The position numbers and the translations under genes are program-made. From an uncultured Methylomirabilota bacterium (GTDB lineage: Bacteria > Methylomirabilota > Methylomirabilia > Methylomirabilales > 2-02-FULL-66-22), in NCBI GenBank assembly GCA_963845565.1, contig CAWJSJ010000002.1:1024001-1088000 (forward strand): a DNA stretch of 64,000 bases. Reading direction: 5' to 3'. The notes beneath the pieces are model-generated. The model saw nothing but the letters and a program-made list of their open reading frames with translations, was not told where the DNA came from and made no database searches. How positions within the stretch are numbered: position 1 is the first letter of the stretch; each line of letters begins with the position of its first letter. Below, in pieces: positions 48,700 to 59,287 of this stretch.

Positions 48700-50709
48700 A
48701 TGATTCTGTACGCCGGCGCCATCTTCCTGGGCGCCTTTCTGCTGTTCCTGGTGCAACCGATCATTGCCAAACAGATCCTGCCCTGGTTCGGCGGATCGGC
48801 GGCGGTGTGGGCGACCTGCATGGTCTTCTTCCAGGTCGTGCTGCTGGCCGGGTATGCGTATGCCGACCTGACGACGCGCCGCCTGACGCCCAAACGGCAG
48901 GTCGCGCTGCACGTCGGCCTGCTCGTGGTGAGCCTCCTCGTACTGCCGATCACGCCGAGTGCGGCCTGGAAGCCCCAGGGCGACGAGAACCCGAGCTGGC
49001 GTATCCTCGGCCTGCTGGCCGTCACCATCGGGCTGCCCTACCTTCTGTTGTCGACCACCAGCCCGCTGCTGCAGGCGTGGTTCACGCGTCGGTTCCATCA
49101 CACCGCGCCCTATCGCCTGTTCGCCCTGTCGAATCTGGCCTCGCTGCTGGCCCTGCTGGCTTACCCGGTCCTGATCGAACCCTGGGTGTCGACGGCCACG
49201 CAGTCGATGACCTGGTCGGTTCTCTATGCGCTGTTCACGCTGCTGTGCGGATACGCGGCCATCTCCAGCGGCCGGGGCGAGATGCCCGCGACGGCCCCCG
49301 GTCCAGCCGCAGCCGCTGCCGGCGAGGCCGCGCCGAGCGGCATGCAGCAGTTAGTCTGGCTTCTCCTTCCCGCCATGGCGTCGTTCCTGCTGCTGGCGGT
49401 GACCAACCACATCTGCCAGAACGTCGCCTCGCTGCCGTTCCTATGGATCTTGCCGCTGGGCCTGTACCTGGGGACCTTCATTCTCTGCTTCGACCACCCG
49501 CGCTGGTACCAGCGCAACGTCTTCCTCGTGCTGGCGGCGATCATGCTGCCGTGGATGGGATGGTATTCGGACTCCCTGGATCTGAAGCTGGTGGTCCCGA
49601 TGTATCTGGCGGGTCTCTTCGTCTGCTGCATGTTCTGCCACGGCGAGCTGGCGCTCCTCAAGCCCGCCCCGCGATACCTGACGACCTACTATTTCATGAT
49701 CTCCCTGGGCGGCGCCATCGGCGGGCTCCTGGTCGGCCTGGCGGCCCCCTATCTGCTGGCGGGGTACTTCGAGCTGGCGATCGGGCTGGTGGCGTGCGCG
49801 CTCCTGCTGCTGTACCGGACCACGCGCATCGCGTGGTGGGCGGTCCTCGGCTCGGTGGCGGCAGTGGCCGTGACCGCGTGGGGCGCGGGCAAGGCGGTCG
49901 ATTACCAGATCACGACGTCCCGGGTGATGCTGCGAAACTTCTACAGCGTGGTGCGCACGCGCGAGGACACGACGCCGGTGCCGTTCCGCTCCATGGTCCA
50001 CGGCGGCATCGTCCACGGCGGCCAGTTGCTGGACCCCGAACGCCGCTTCCAGCCGAGCAGCTACTTCGGGCCGACCAGCGGATACGGCCGGTTGTTCGCC
50101 AGCCTGCCCGAGACGCCGCGCAAGGTGGGCGTGATCGGTCTCGGCGCCGGCTCGGTGATCGCGCACGCGCGGGCGGGCGACACGTTCCGCTTCTACGAGA
50201 TCAACCCGCAGGTGCTGGAGCTGGCGCGACGGGAGTTCACCTTCCTGGCCGACAGTCCGGCCACCATCGACGTCGTCCTGGGCGACGGCCGCCTGAGCTT
50301 GGAGCGTGAACCCAGCCACCAGTTCGACGTGCTGGTGATGGACGCCTTCTCGGGCGATTCGATTCCGATGCATCTGTTGACGCGCGAGGCGATGGCCATC
50401 TACCTGCGGCATCTGAAGCCGGGCGGCGTGCTGGCGTTTCAGGCCACCAATCGTTTCATCGACATCGCGCCGGTGGTGGCGAGCCTGGCCGCGGAGCGTG
50501 GTCTGACGGCGGTGCTGATCTCCGACGCGCCGCAGAGCACGGAAGGGGCGGACTACTGGCTCTCGGCGACCGACCAGATCCTGGTGACCTCGGATCGCGC
50601 GCTGCTGAAATCCGAGCAGATCGGCAGCGTCGGCACGGTGCTGGAGCCCCCGCCGGGGTTCCGCATCTGGACCGACGACTTCAACAACCTGTGGCGGGTC
50701 CTGAAGTAG
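48700..50709 (+). CDS. fused membrane domain / spermidine-synthase-like methyltransferase
   Basis: LPWFGGSAAVW, many TM helices, VIGLGAG, YEINP, GDGR, DAFSGDSIPMHL, WTDDF. Confidence 0.88.
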   Translation: MILYAGAIFLGAFLLFLVQPIIAKQILPWFGGSAAVWATCMVFFQVVLLAGYAYADLTTRRLTPKRQVALHVGLLVVSLLVLPITPSAAWKPQGDENPSWRILGLLAVTIGLPYLLLSTTSPLLQAWFTRRFHHTAPYRLFALSNLASLLALLAYPVLIEPWVSTATQSMTWSVLYALFTLLCGYAAISSGRGEMPATAPGPAAAAAGEAAPSGMQQLVWLLLPAMASFLLLAVTNHICQNVASLPFLWILPLGLYLGTFILCFDHPRWYQRNVFLVLAAIMLPWMGWYSDSLDLKLVVPMYLAGLFVCCMFCHGELALLKPAPRYLTTYYFMISLGGAIGGLLVGLAAPYLLAGYFELAIGLVACALLLLYRTTRIAWWAVLGSVAAVAVTAWGAGKAVDYQITTSRVMLRNFYSVVRTREDTTPVPFRSMVHGGIVHGGQLLDPERRFQPSSYFGPTSGYGRLFASLPETPRKVGVIGLGAGSVIAHARAGDTFRFYEINPQVLELARREFTFLADSPATIDVVLGDGRLSLEREPSHQFDVLVMDAFSGDSIPMHLLTREAMAIYLRHLKPGGVLAFQATNRFIDIAPVVASLAAERGLTAVLISDAPQSTEGADYWLSATDQILVTSDRALLKSEQIGSVGTVLEPPPGFRIWTDDFNNLWRVLK

Positions 50710-51260
50710 TCATCCGGTGGCGCGCGCATCCGTCGAGCGACGGAACGCGGCCCCCAGATGTCCGGCTAACGCCAGGGCGGCCTTCGTGCGAGTGGACGCG
50801 GCCGGGGGCCGGACCGGCCCCTCCGGCCGCCTGGCGCCGCGTCGAGAACCGCCCGGCCTTGCGCCGGGTCGCCCCGCCCGGGGCGGGGCTCCGGACCGGC
50901 GTCGGCCGGGCCGCGGGCGCAGCGGCGTCGGGGCCGGCCCGGCCCCCGGCCTCTGCGGTGTCACCCGTGGGTGCCCCCGCCCCGCACTCGCGGCATCGCA
51001 GGGGGCCGCCCCGGCTGCGGTCGCGACACGCTGTCCGTTCTCCCTGCGCGCGCTAGCCGGAGAACAGGGCGGCCTCGGACACCTTGACAAGCGGTTCCGG
51101 GTGTTGATAGGCTGCGCGCCACTCGGGTCGCGCCCTGCCCGGACGGCGCGGGGCACCGACCATCCGCATTCCGCCCTGCGGCCGGCCCCCATCGAGACGC
51201 TCGTTCGGGATCGAAGGCCGACCGCCGACCGTTGACCACGCCACGAAGGAGGGGACGCGC

Positions 51261-52493
51261 ATGAGACGATTTGCGATGTCGCTGCTGCTGGTATCGTTCC
51301 TGCTCCCCGTTCTGACGGTCATGCCGTCGGCCGAAGCCGGTCAGGCCGCGCTTCGCATCGGTGCGCTCTACCCGATCTCGGGCAGTCTGGCGCTGCTGGG
51401 GGAAGAGAGCTGGCGGGGGGCCGAGATTGCGCGCCAGTTCCGGAATCAAAAGGGCGGCGTGGCCGGTCGCCAGGTCGAGTTCGTCCGGGCGGACGTGCCC
51501 GACGTGAACGCCGCCAAGTCGGAGGCGGAGCGGCTGATCAGCCGCGAGAGCATGAAGTTCCTGATCGGCACCTACTCCAGTTCGCTTTCCCTCGGCGCCT
51601 CCGAGGTGGCCGCGCGCGCCGGCGTGACCTACTTCGAACTCGGAGGGATCTCGGATCAGATCACCGAACGGGGCTACAAGACGATCTTCCGCACCTGCCC
51701 GAAGGCCCAGTTGTTCTCCAAGTCTCAGTTGGCATTCGTCCGCGATTGGCTGGCGCCGCAACTCAAGAAGAAGCCGGCGGAGATGCGCGTGTCTCTGGTC
51801 CACGAAGACTCGGCCTACGGCTCGTCGATCGCGCGCAACCTGGAGGCGGAGGCCAAGGCGACCGGCATCCCGCTGGTCTCGGTCGTTCCCTACGACTCCA
51901 AGGCCATTGACCTGTCGTCGGTGATCCTGCGGCTGAAGAACGACAAGCCGGACGTGGTCGTCGGCGTGTCGTACGCCAACGACGCCATCCTCCTGGGGCG
52001 GCAAGCCAAGGAGCTGGGCCTCGACATCAAGGCGTTCATCGGGACCGGCGGCGGCCATAGCCTCAGCGGGTTCGCCGAGGCGCTGGGGGCGGGGTCGGAC
52101 GGGGTGTTCAATGTGGACTTCACGCAGTACGAGGTGAATCTGAAGTTCACGCCGGGCCTCCCCGAGTTCGTGGAGGCGTACAAGAAGGCCTTCAACAGCG
52201 CGCCCCGGTCGGGCCATTCCCTGACGAACTTCATGGGCGCGAACGTCCTCTTCGACGTGCTCGAGAAGACCGGGGGCGACCTGGATGCCGCCAAGTTCCG
52301 GACGGCCGCCCTGGCGTACGAGGCAAAGCCTGGGACGACGGCCACCGGGTGGGGTGTGAAGTTCGGCGAGAATGGTCAGAACATGCTGGCCGAGACGTTC
52401 CTCATGGAATGGCAGAACAAGAAGCTGGTGACCGTCTGGCCCGAGGGGCCCGCCGTCGCCAAGCCGAGCCTGATGCGGCCGTTCAGCAAGTAA
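51261..52493 (+). CDS. branched-chain amino acid-type ABC substrate-binding protein (LivK-like)
   Basis: signal peptide; IGALYPISGSLA, GTYSSS, FRTCP. Confidence 0.88.
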   Translation: MRRFAMSLLLVSFLLPVLTVMPSAEAGQAALRIGALYPISGSLALLGEESWRGAEIARQFRNQKGGVAGRQVEFVRADVPDVNAAKSEAERLISRESMKFLIGTYSSSLSLGASEVAARAGVTYFELGGISDQITERGYKTIFRTCPKAQLFSKSQLAFVRDWLAPQLKKKPAEMRVSLVHEDSAYGSSIARNLEAEAKATGIPLVSVVPYDSKAIDLSSVILRLKNDKPDVVVGVSYANDAILLGRQAKELGLDIKAFIGTGGGHSLSGFAEALGAGSDGVFNVDFTQYEVNLKFTPGLPEFVEAYKKAFNSAPRSGHSLTNFMGANVLFDVLEKTGGDLDAAKFRTAALAYEAKPGTTATGWGVKFGENGQNMLAETFLMEWQNKKLVTVWPEGPAVAKPSLMRPFSK

Positions 52494-52499
52494 GGTCAT

Positions 52500-52533
52500 G
52501 CGTGGGGCCGGGGGGATCCCCCCGGCCCCACGC
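52500..52533 (+). other. intergenic stem-loop after the binding-protein gene
   Basis: GCGTGGGGCCGGGGG ... CCCCCGGCCCCACGC perfect stem. Confidence 0.6.
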
Positions 52534-52553
52534 GTTCCGGCGAGGCGACGGCG

Positions 52554-53444
52554 ATGAACGATCTCTTCATCCAGGTGGTGGTGTCGGGCCTGCTCATCGG
52601 CGGGGTGTACGCCCTGCTGAGCATCGGGCTGACCATGATCTTCGGTGTCGTCCGCATCATCAATTTCGCCCACGGCGAGATCATGATGCTGGCAATGTAC
52701 CTGACGTACTGGCTGCACGCGGCCTACGGCGTTGACCCGTACCTGTCGCTGTTCGCGGTCGCGCCGGTCCTCTTCCTCCTCGGAATCGTGATCCAGCGGC
52801 TGGTGATCCAGCCGATCCTGGACGCGCCCGCGCTGATGAAGGTCTTCGCGACCGTCGGGTTGTACATCGCCTTGCAGAATCTGGCGCTGATGCTGTTCAA
52901 GGCGGACTTCCGGACGATCCAGACCCCGTATGCGTCGGCGTCCCTGATGTTCGGCGGAATCAGCGTCAGCCTGCCCCGACTGTATGCGTTTCTCTTCGCC
53001 ATCGCGCTGATCGTCGGGCTGTGGGCCTTCCTCAAGTTCACGCTGGTGGGCACCGCCCTGCGGGCGCTGGCGGAGAACCGCACGGTGGCCCAGCTCATGG
53101 GGATCAGGGTCGCCAGGCTCTACCGGATCGCGTTCGGGGTCGGCGCCGCCATCACCGGCATCGCGGGCACGCTGCTCCTGCCGTTCTCCTACGTGTTTCC
53201 AACCATCGGGTCGATCTACACCCTGGTCGCCTTCGTGATCGTGGTCCTGGGCGGGATGGGCAACATGCTGGGCGCGTTTTTCGGGGGGCTCTTCATCGGC
53301 CTGGTGGAGTCCTTCAGCGGGACCTACGTGTCGCCGGCGATCAAGGAGGCCACCTACTTCGCCATCTTCATTCTGGTCCTGGTGGTGCGGCCCCAGGGCC
53401 TCTTCGGCATGGGGAAGGGCAGCGAGGAGGTCGGCCTCAAATGA
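52554..53444 (+). CDS. livH: Liv-type ABC permease
   Basis: GLTMIFGVVRIINFAHGE, VVLGGMG. Confidence 0.88.
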   Translation: MNDLFIQVVVSGLLIGGVYALLSIGLTMIFGVVRIINFAHGEIMMLAMYLTYWLHAAYGVDPYLSLFAVAPVLFLLGIVIQRLVIQPILDAPALMKVFATVGLYIALQNLALMLFKADFRTIQTPYASASLMFGGISVSLPRLYAFLFAIALIVGLWAFLKFTLVGTALRALAENRTVAQLMGIRVARLYRIAFGVGAAITGIAGTLLLPFSYVFPTIGSIYTLVAFVIVVLGGMGNMLGAFFGGLFIGLVESFSGTYVSPAIKEATYFAIFILVLVVRPQGLFGMGKGSEEVGLK

Positions 53445-54432
53445 CCGGGAAACAGATGGTGCTGTCCGCGGCGCTGCTGGCAGGCCTGATGGCCGTGCCG
53501 CTGGTGATCACGCAGGCCTACCTGCTGCACCTGCTGATCCTGATCCTCTTCTACACGGCGTTGACCGCCGCCTGGAACATCCTGACCTTCGGCGGGAAGG
53601 TCTCCTTCGGTCACGCCGCCTTCTTCGGGCTGGGAGCCTACACGTCGACGATCCTGCTCCTGAAGGCGGATGTGAACCCCTGGATCGGCCTGATCGCCGC
53701 CATCGGGGTGGCGCTGGTGGGCGCCGCCACCATGACGCTCCCCTTGCTGCGGCTGCGGGGGCCGATGTTCACCATGGCCACCATCGCCTACGCCGAGGTC
53801 CTGCGACGTGTGGCGATTCTGTGGCGGGAGCTGACGGCCGGCTCCGAGGGGCTGACGATTCCCTTCCGGCCCGGCTTGCTCTACTTGAGCTTCACCGGCA
53901 AGGTCGCCTACTATTACATATTCCTGGCGATCGCCGCCACCGCGGTGTGCCTCTCGTCGTGGCTCTTTCACTCGGCGACCGGATTCCACCTGCGCGCCGC
54001 GGCCTCGGACGAGGAGGCGGCCCAGGCGCTCGGGATCGACACCAACCGGGTCCAGGTGGTGGCCCTGATGTGGAGCGCGGGGATCACCGGGGCGCTGGGC
54101 GTGTTCTACACGCAGTACGTGTACATGATCGACCCCGACCTGGTGTTCTCCGTCACGCTGTTTGCGATCCAGCCCGCCCTGAACGGCATCATCGGCGGCC
54201 TCGGCACGGTGTGGGGCCCGGTGCTGGGCGCGGTCGTGATGACGCCGCTGGGCGAGTTCCTCCGCTCGTACCTGGGCGGGGTGCGCCAGGGGTTGAATTT
54301 CTTCATCTACGGCGTGACGCTGATCGTGGTGGTGATCGTGCTCCCCGGCGGGATCATCTCGGCCCTCCGACGCCATCCGGCGGCGGGTGCGCGGCCGCCA
54401 CCGCCTCGGTGCCCGCCAAGGAAGGCGCGTGA
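53441..54432 (+). CDS. livM: Liv-type ABC permease, probable frameshift near 54400
   Basis: SFGHAAFFGLGAY, IIGGLGTVWGP; the only plausible stop (TGATG coupled to livG) is out of frame. Confidence 0.82.
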
Positions 54433-55157
54433 TGTCGCTGCTCCGCGTCGGCGACCTCGGCAAGGACTTCGGTGGCCTGGCGGCCGTCTCCGGGGTCAGC
54501 TTCGAGATCGGGCAGGGCGAGATCCTCGGGCTGATCGGGCCAAACGGGGCGGGAAAGACAACCGTCTTCAATCTCATCTCGGGTCTGCTGCCCCCCACGC
54601 GCGGATCGGTCATCTTCGGGGGGGCGGACATCACGCGGCTCCCGACGTTCCGCCGGAGCCGCCTGGGCATCGGCCGGACCTTCCAGATCGTCCGGCCCTT
54701 CGAGGGCATGACGGTCCTGGAGAACGTGATGGCCCCGATCCTCGCCCGGGAGCGCCACCCCGGGCTGGCGCGGACGGAAGCCCTCCGGGTGCTGGAGCGG
54801 GTCGGACTCGCCGACGAGGCCGACGCCGACCCGCAGAGCATGACGCTGGCCCGCCGGAAGCGCCTCGAGGTGGCCCGCGCCCTCGCCACGCGGCCGCGGC
54901 TCCTCCTCCTGGACGAGGTTCTGGCGGGGCTCAATCCGGTCGAGGTCCAGGATGCGCTCCCCCTCATCCGGAGCATCCGCGAAGGCGGCGTGACGATCTT
55001 CATCATCGAACACATCATGGCGGCGCTGATGTCGCTCTCGGACCGCGTGCTGGTCATGGACCAGGGGGTGTTGATCGCCACCGGCACGCCGGCCGAGGTG
55101 ACGGCGAACCCGCGGGTCCTCGAGGCGTACCTGGGAGAGGAGGCGACGGGTGCTTGA
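54432..55157 (+). CDS. livG: Liv-type ABC ATPase
   Basis: GPNGAGKTT, RTFQ, LLLDE. Confidence 0.88.
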   Translation: MSLLRVGDLGKDFGGLAAVSGVSFEIGQGEILGLIGPNGAGKTTVFNLISGLLPPTRGSVIFGGADITRLPTFRRSRLGIGRTFQIVRPFEGMTVLENVMAPILARERHPGLARTEALRVLERVGLADEADADPQSMTLARRKRLEVARALATRPRLLLLDEVLAGLNPVEVQDALPLIRSIREGGVTIFIIEHIMAALMSLSDRVLVMDQGVLIATGTPAEVTANPRVLEAYLGEEATGA

Positions 55158-55854
55158 GATCCGGCACATCTCCGTCTTTTACGGCGACGTGCAGGCGGTC
55201 AAGGACGTCTCGCTCGTGGTCGAGGAGGGCACCATCGCCGTGCTGCTCGGACCCAATGCCGCGGGGAAGAGCACGACGCTGCGCGCCGTCAGCGGCGTGC
55301 TGAAGGTCCGCACGGGGGAGATCCTGCTGGACCGGACGCCCATCCACAATCGCCCGGCGTACGAGATCGTGGAGCGGGGCGTGATCCACGTGCCCGAGGG
55401 ACGGGGGCTCTTCGGCTCGCTGACGGTCCGGGAGAATCTGGCGCTCGGAGCCTACACGACGAAGGCGCGCCGGGAGGCGCCGACGAACCTCGAGAAGGTC
55501 TTCACACTCTTCCCGCGGCTCAAGGAGCGCCAGCGGATGCCGGCCCGATCGCTCTCCGGAGGAGAGCAGCAGATGTGCGCGATCGCCCGCGGCCTGATGG
55601 CGTGCCCGCGCATATTGATGGTGGACGAGATGTCCCTCGGGCTGGCGCCGATCCTGGTGCGCGCCATGTTCGACACGGTGCGGACCATCGCCCAGGCAGG
55701 ACTCACCGTCCTCTTGGTAGAGCAGGCCGTGCACCGCTCGCTGCAGGTGGCGAAGACCGCCTTCATCCTCGAAAACGGCCGGACCGTCCTGGCCGGCCCC
55801 GCGGACGAGCTGTCGCGGCACGAGCACGTCAAGCGCGTGTACCTCGGCGTCTAG
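55150..55854 (+). CDS. livF: Liv-type ABC ATPase
   Basis: GPNAAGKST, VPEGR, LSGGEQQM, SLGLAP. Confidence 0.88.
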   Translation: MLEIRHISVFYGDVQAVKDVSLVVEEGTIAVLLGPNAAGKSTTLRAVSGVLKVRTGEILLDRTPIHNRPAYEIVERGVIHVPEGRGLFGSLTVRENLALGAYTTKARREAPTNLEKVFTLFPRLKERQRMPARSLSGGEQQMCAIARGLMACPRILMVDEMSLGLAPILVRAMFDTVRTIAQAGLTVLLVEQAVHRSLQVAKTAFILENGRTVLAGPADELSRHEHVKRVYLGV

Positions 55855-56006
55855 CAGGCCGCTCAAAAAGGCCCATCTGCGGCGTTGGAGCGCCTTGCCG
55901 CTCGCTGCGGCGTACCTCCAGTACGCCTCGCTCGGGCATCGGCACTCCGCCTTGCATCTGGGCCTTTTTGAGCGGCCTGGACGAAAATGAGTTTGTTGGT
56001 ATCCTG
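55855..56006 (+). mobile_element. MITE family 1, copy 3
   Basis: CAGGCCGCTCAAAAAGGCCCATCTG...CTTTTTGAGCGGCCTG plus outer end; bounded by TAG on both strands. Confidence 0.8.
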
Positions 56007-56811
56007 CTACTGCGCGGCCGGAGGTTCCCGCCAGTGCGGCGCGCGTCGCCTGGAGCGCCTCACGGGCCACCACCTCGGGATCCCGCGCCCAGGCGGCGGG
56101 GTTCGGGGCCTCGTAGGACAGATACCCCTGGTAACCGATCCGCGTCAGCCAGGCGCCGATCTCGCGGAAGGGGACGCACCCCTGGCCGGGGGGGAGGCGG
56201 TCCAGGCTTTTGCCGGGCACGAGGCCCTGCCGTGGGACATCGCTGAACTGGAAGTACACGATCTCCTCGAGACCCTGCACGCTTCCACCGCTCCGCTGCA
56301 AATGGTACGTGTCCAGGAGCACCCCGCAGTGCGGGTGGCCGGCCAGCGTCAATGCCTCGCGCATGCGGTCGAGGGTGTTGTACTGCTCGCACTGCGAGTT
56401 GGACTCCAGCGCCAAGCGGACGCCGTGCTGCTTGGCGATGTCGCCGACTTCGCGCAGGCTGGCCGCGGCGCGCTGGACATTCCCCCGGCCCGGGTCCACC
56501 GGGCTCATCACGGTGGCGCACCCAAGCTCCACCGCCCAGCGGCAGGATTCGTCGAAGGCCCGGAGGAGCCGCGTGCGCTCGGCGCCCTCGGCGAACAGGA
56601 AGCCCATCTCCACCCCGACGCAGGCGACCGGTAGGCCGCTCCCACGCACGAGGTCCAGGACCTGCGCGGCGGATTGCCCGTTCTCGGCGGCCCGCTTGAA
56701 GTCCAGGCGGCGCAGCTCGATGGCGTCCCAGCCGGCGGCCCGGGCCGCGCGCAGGACCTCGGCCAGGGGTGTCGTGTCCAGCGTCCAGGTGTGCAGCGCA
56801 AATCCCTTCAT
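56007..56811 (-). CDS. sugar phosphate isomerase/epimerase (xylose-isomerase-like TIM barrel); 3' end inferred via a +1 frameshift
   Basis: LALES, LLDTYH, FQFSD, PGQGCVPF, YLSYE; the in-frame ORF runs implausibly through the MITE and livF, and a TAG lies one base out of frame at 56007-56009. Confidence 0.78.
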
Positions 56812-56895
56812 GGCGTGTCTCCTTCTTCGTAGGGCCGGCGCCGCCAGGCCTCAGCGTTGTGGTCGAGAAGGCGGCAGGTAGTCTGGCCGGCAAGT

Positions 56896-57930
56896 CTACA
56901 GGTGCGGGGTCAAGAGCTGGAGATTGGCGGGGCCCTGCGGCAACGCCCCCGCCTCGATCCGCTTGGTGATCTCGACGATTGCCTCGTTCATCGGCGTGGG
57001 CGTGCCGACCTCGCGGCCCTTCTTCACCACGTAACCGTTCAGATACTCCACCTCGGTGCGGCGGCCCTTGAGGACGTCCTGGAGGAGCGAGGGGCGCCCC
57101 GCGCCGACGCTCTTGCCGCGCTCCACCCAGTCCCGCCGCAACTCCTCCCGGCCCATGCCACGGGCCGCCTGGAGATAGGTCGCCGCGGCGATTCCCCCCA
57201 CCGGCTCCACCTGAACGCCCAATCGCTCGGCGACGGTGAGCGCCTCGGCGGCGACGGCAACGGTGATGGGGAAGACATCGGGGTGGCTCCGCATCTCCGC
57301 GTTGTTCAGGTTCGTGATTCCCGCCAGGGGGTTGGCCATGCAGTTGACGGTGAGCTTGGCCCAGCGATCACCCCAGAGATTCGTGGTGACGTGGGCCACG
57401 CCTGCGGGCGTGAGGAGCGTGACCAGCTCCTGCACCCGCGGCGTGACCATCCCGGTCATTTCGCCGACGGCGAAGGAGGGGCGGGAGGGCAGGTTGGTCC
57501 GCGTGACGTGGCCCGGCTCGTACAGGCCTGCGCCGATCGTCACCACGCAGCCGATGGTCCGCGTATACCCGACAATCGGGGCGACCTGGTCCTCGTTGAT
57601 CCCGTTCTGGGCCGAGACGAGGACGCCCCCCGGCGCGAGGTACGGGGCAATGAACGTCGCCGCCCAGGCGGTATCGTAGGATTTCACCGATAGGAAGACG
57701 GCATCGAACTGCTCGCGCAGGCCCGCGACCTCGGCCAGATGGAAGGCCTTCACCTTGACGGTGAAATCCTCCTCTAGGGCCGTCACTCTGAGGCCGCCCT
57801 GCCGCATTGCTTCCACGTGGGCAGGCCAGAGGTCAATGAGCGTGATGTCCTGCCCCGCGCGCGCAAGATAGCCCCCGATCGTGCTCCCGATCGCCCCCGC
57901 CCCCATCACCGCCACCTTCCGGAATGCCAC
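56896..57930 (-). CDS. panE: 2-dehydropantoate 2-reductase (ketopantoate reductase) family
   Basis: VMGAGAIG, SVKSY, QNG, WAKLTVN, SLLQD...RRTEVEYLNG. Confidence 0.85.
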   Translation of the reverse strand: MAFRKVAVMGAGAIGSTIGGYLARAGQDITLIDLWPAHVEAMRQGGLRVTALEEDFTVKVKAFHLAEVAGLREQFDAVFLSVKSYDTAWAATFIAPYLAPGGVLVSAQNGINEDQVAPIVGYTRTIGCVVTIGAGLYEPGHVTRTNLPSRPSFAVGEMTGMVTPRVQELVTLLTPAGVAHVTTNLWGDRWAKLTVNCMANPLAGITNLNNAEMRSHPDVFPITVAVAAEALTVAERLGVQVEPVGGIAAATYLQAARGMGREELRRDWVERGKSVGAGRPSLLQDVLKGRRTEVEYLNGYVVKKGREVGTPTPMNEAIVEITKRIEAGALPQGPANLQLLTPHL

Positions 57931-57991
57931 GTTCTCCTCCCTTCGATGATCTTCCCGCCGCACGGTATCCAATGCGGATCGCGCCGTCAGG

Positions 57992-58162
57992 CGGGATGTC
58001 GAAAAACCGGTCTTCACCCAGGCTGCTCAAAAAGGCCAGATGCAAGGCGGCGCGACCCATCCTGTGGATGGGTGCCCGAGGCCGAGTGAGGCGTACTCCA
58101 GGTACGCCGCAACGAGTGCCTGAGCGAGCCAACGCAGCAGATGGACCTTTTTCAGCAGCCTG
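57992..58162 (-). mobile_element. MITE family 1, copy 4
   Basis: reverse copy starting right after the dctP TAG (CAGGCTGCTGAAAAAGG...). Confidence 0.8.
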
Positions 58163-59167
58163 CTAGCGCTTGAGGATGGCGGCCGCGCCCTTCAGCGTGT
58201 CGGCCACTTCCTTCTGCCCCTTGGACAGCTCGTCCCAGATGGCCTGCGAGCCCTCCTTCCACACGGCCAGCTCCGCGGCCGTGGGCTGGTGGAGCTTCGA
58301 CTTCTGCTTGGCCTCTTCCATGTCCTGCCGGAAGGCCTTCTGGGCTGCGGCCTCGGTCGCCCCCTCGATGGCGGCGCTGGCATCCAGGACGGCCTTCTGC
58401 TGGGTGGGCGTCAGTCGGTCGAAGACCCCCTTGTTCATGGCGATGAAGGTGTGCACGGAGATGACGGGGAGCATGACGGCGTGCGGCGCCACCTCGTAGA
58501 GCTTCCGCTCCACGTAGGTCGTGACCGAGTTGACGGCCCCGTGGATGGTGCCGCGCTGCAGCCCCATGTAGACCTCGGCCCCGGTGAGGAAGGAGGGGCC
58601 GGCCCCCCAGTGCTTGATCATGGCGGAGCTCTCCGGGCTGACGGCCCGGATGACCAGCCCCTTGACGTCGTCTCGCACCTTGATTGGCTTGGTGGACATG
58701 ACGATGGTGTCCTGGGGAGAGGGGAACATGGCCAGCCCCAGGAGCTTGACCCCCTTCTGCTCGGCGGTCTTCCGCATGGCGCCGCCGATGTCGGAGCGGA
58801 CCACCGCCAGGATCTCGTTGGAGGACTCGAAGAAGAAGGGCATCTGGAAGAGCTTCATGGCCGGGACAAGCTGGTTCTCCAGGTACATGGTGAAGGCGCA
58901 GCCGGCCTCGATGGCCCCCGTGGCCACCGCCTTGATCACCTCGTTGTCGCGGAAGAGCTGCGCCGAGTGGTAGACCTGGACCTGAAGCTCGCCCTTGGCG
59001 TTGCTCTCCACCAGCTTGGCCCATTCGATGTACTGCTTGGTGATGAAGTGCTGCTCCGGGGCGCCGGTGCTGACCCGGATGGTCGTGCCGGCCGAGCCGT
59101 CGCCCGGCAGCGCGCAGAAGCCCACGAGGGCCAGGAGCAGGATGGCCACGTACCCGCGTCGCGTCAT
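58163..59167 (-). CDS. dctP: TRAP solute-binding protein
   Basis: signal peptide; DVKGLVIRA, EVYMGLQRGTIHG. Confidence 0.85.
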   Translation of the reverse strand: MTRRGYVAILLLALVGFCALPGDGSAGTTIRVSTGAPEQHFITKQYIEWAKLVESNAKGELQVQVYHSAQLFRDNEVIKAVATGAIEAGCAFTMYLENQLVPAMKLFQMPFFFESSNEILAVVRSDIGGAMRKTAEQKGVKLLGLAMFPSPQDTIVMSTKPIKVRDDVKGLVIRAVSPESSAMIKHWGAGPSFLTGAEVYMGLQRGTIHGAVNSVTTYVERKLYEVAPHAVMLPVISVHTFIAMNKGVFDRLTPTQQKAVLDASAAIEGATEAAAQKAFRQDMEEAKQKSKLHQPTAAELAVWKEGSQAIWDELSKGQKEVADTLKGAAAILKR

Positions 59168-59287
59168 GATCGTCCTCCTTGATTGCCGAATCATGTTGCC
59201 GTGCTTCCGGACCGCCCAATAAGTTGCGTGACGACTCATCAGCAGCCGTCAGCCACAGGACTCCGGCCGCTCTTGCCTCCGCCCCCC

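Noticed and set aside
50710..51260. Very GC-rich intergenic stretch with short ORFs
   Set aside because: No convincing coding signal, repeat or conserved structure; probably just the liv promoter region.
53021..55303. 760-aa LivM fusion and 585-aa extended epimerase (55054-56811)
   Set aside because: Read-through products of probable indels that overlap real genes.
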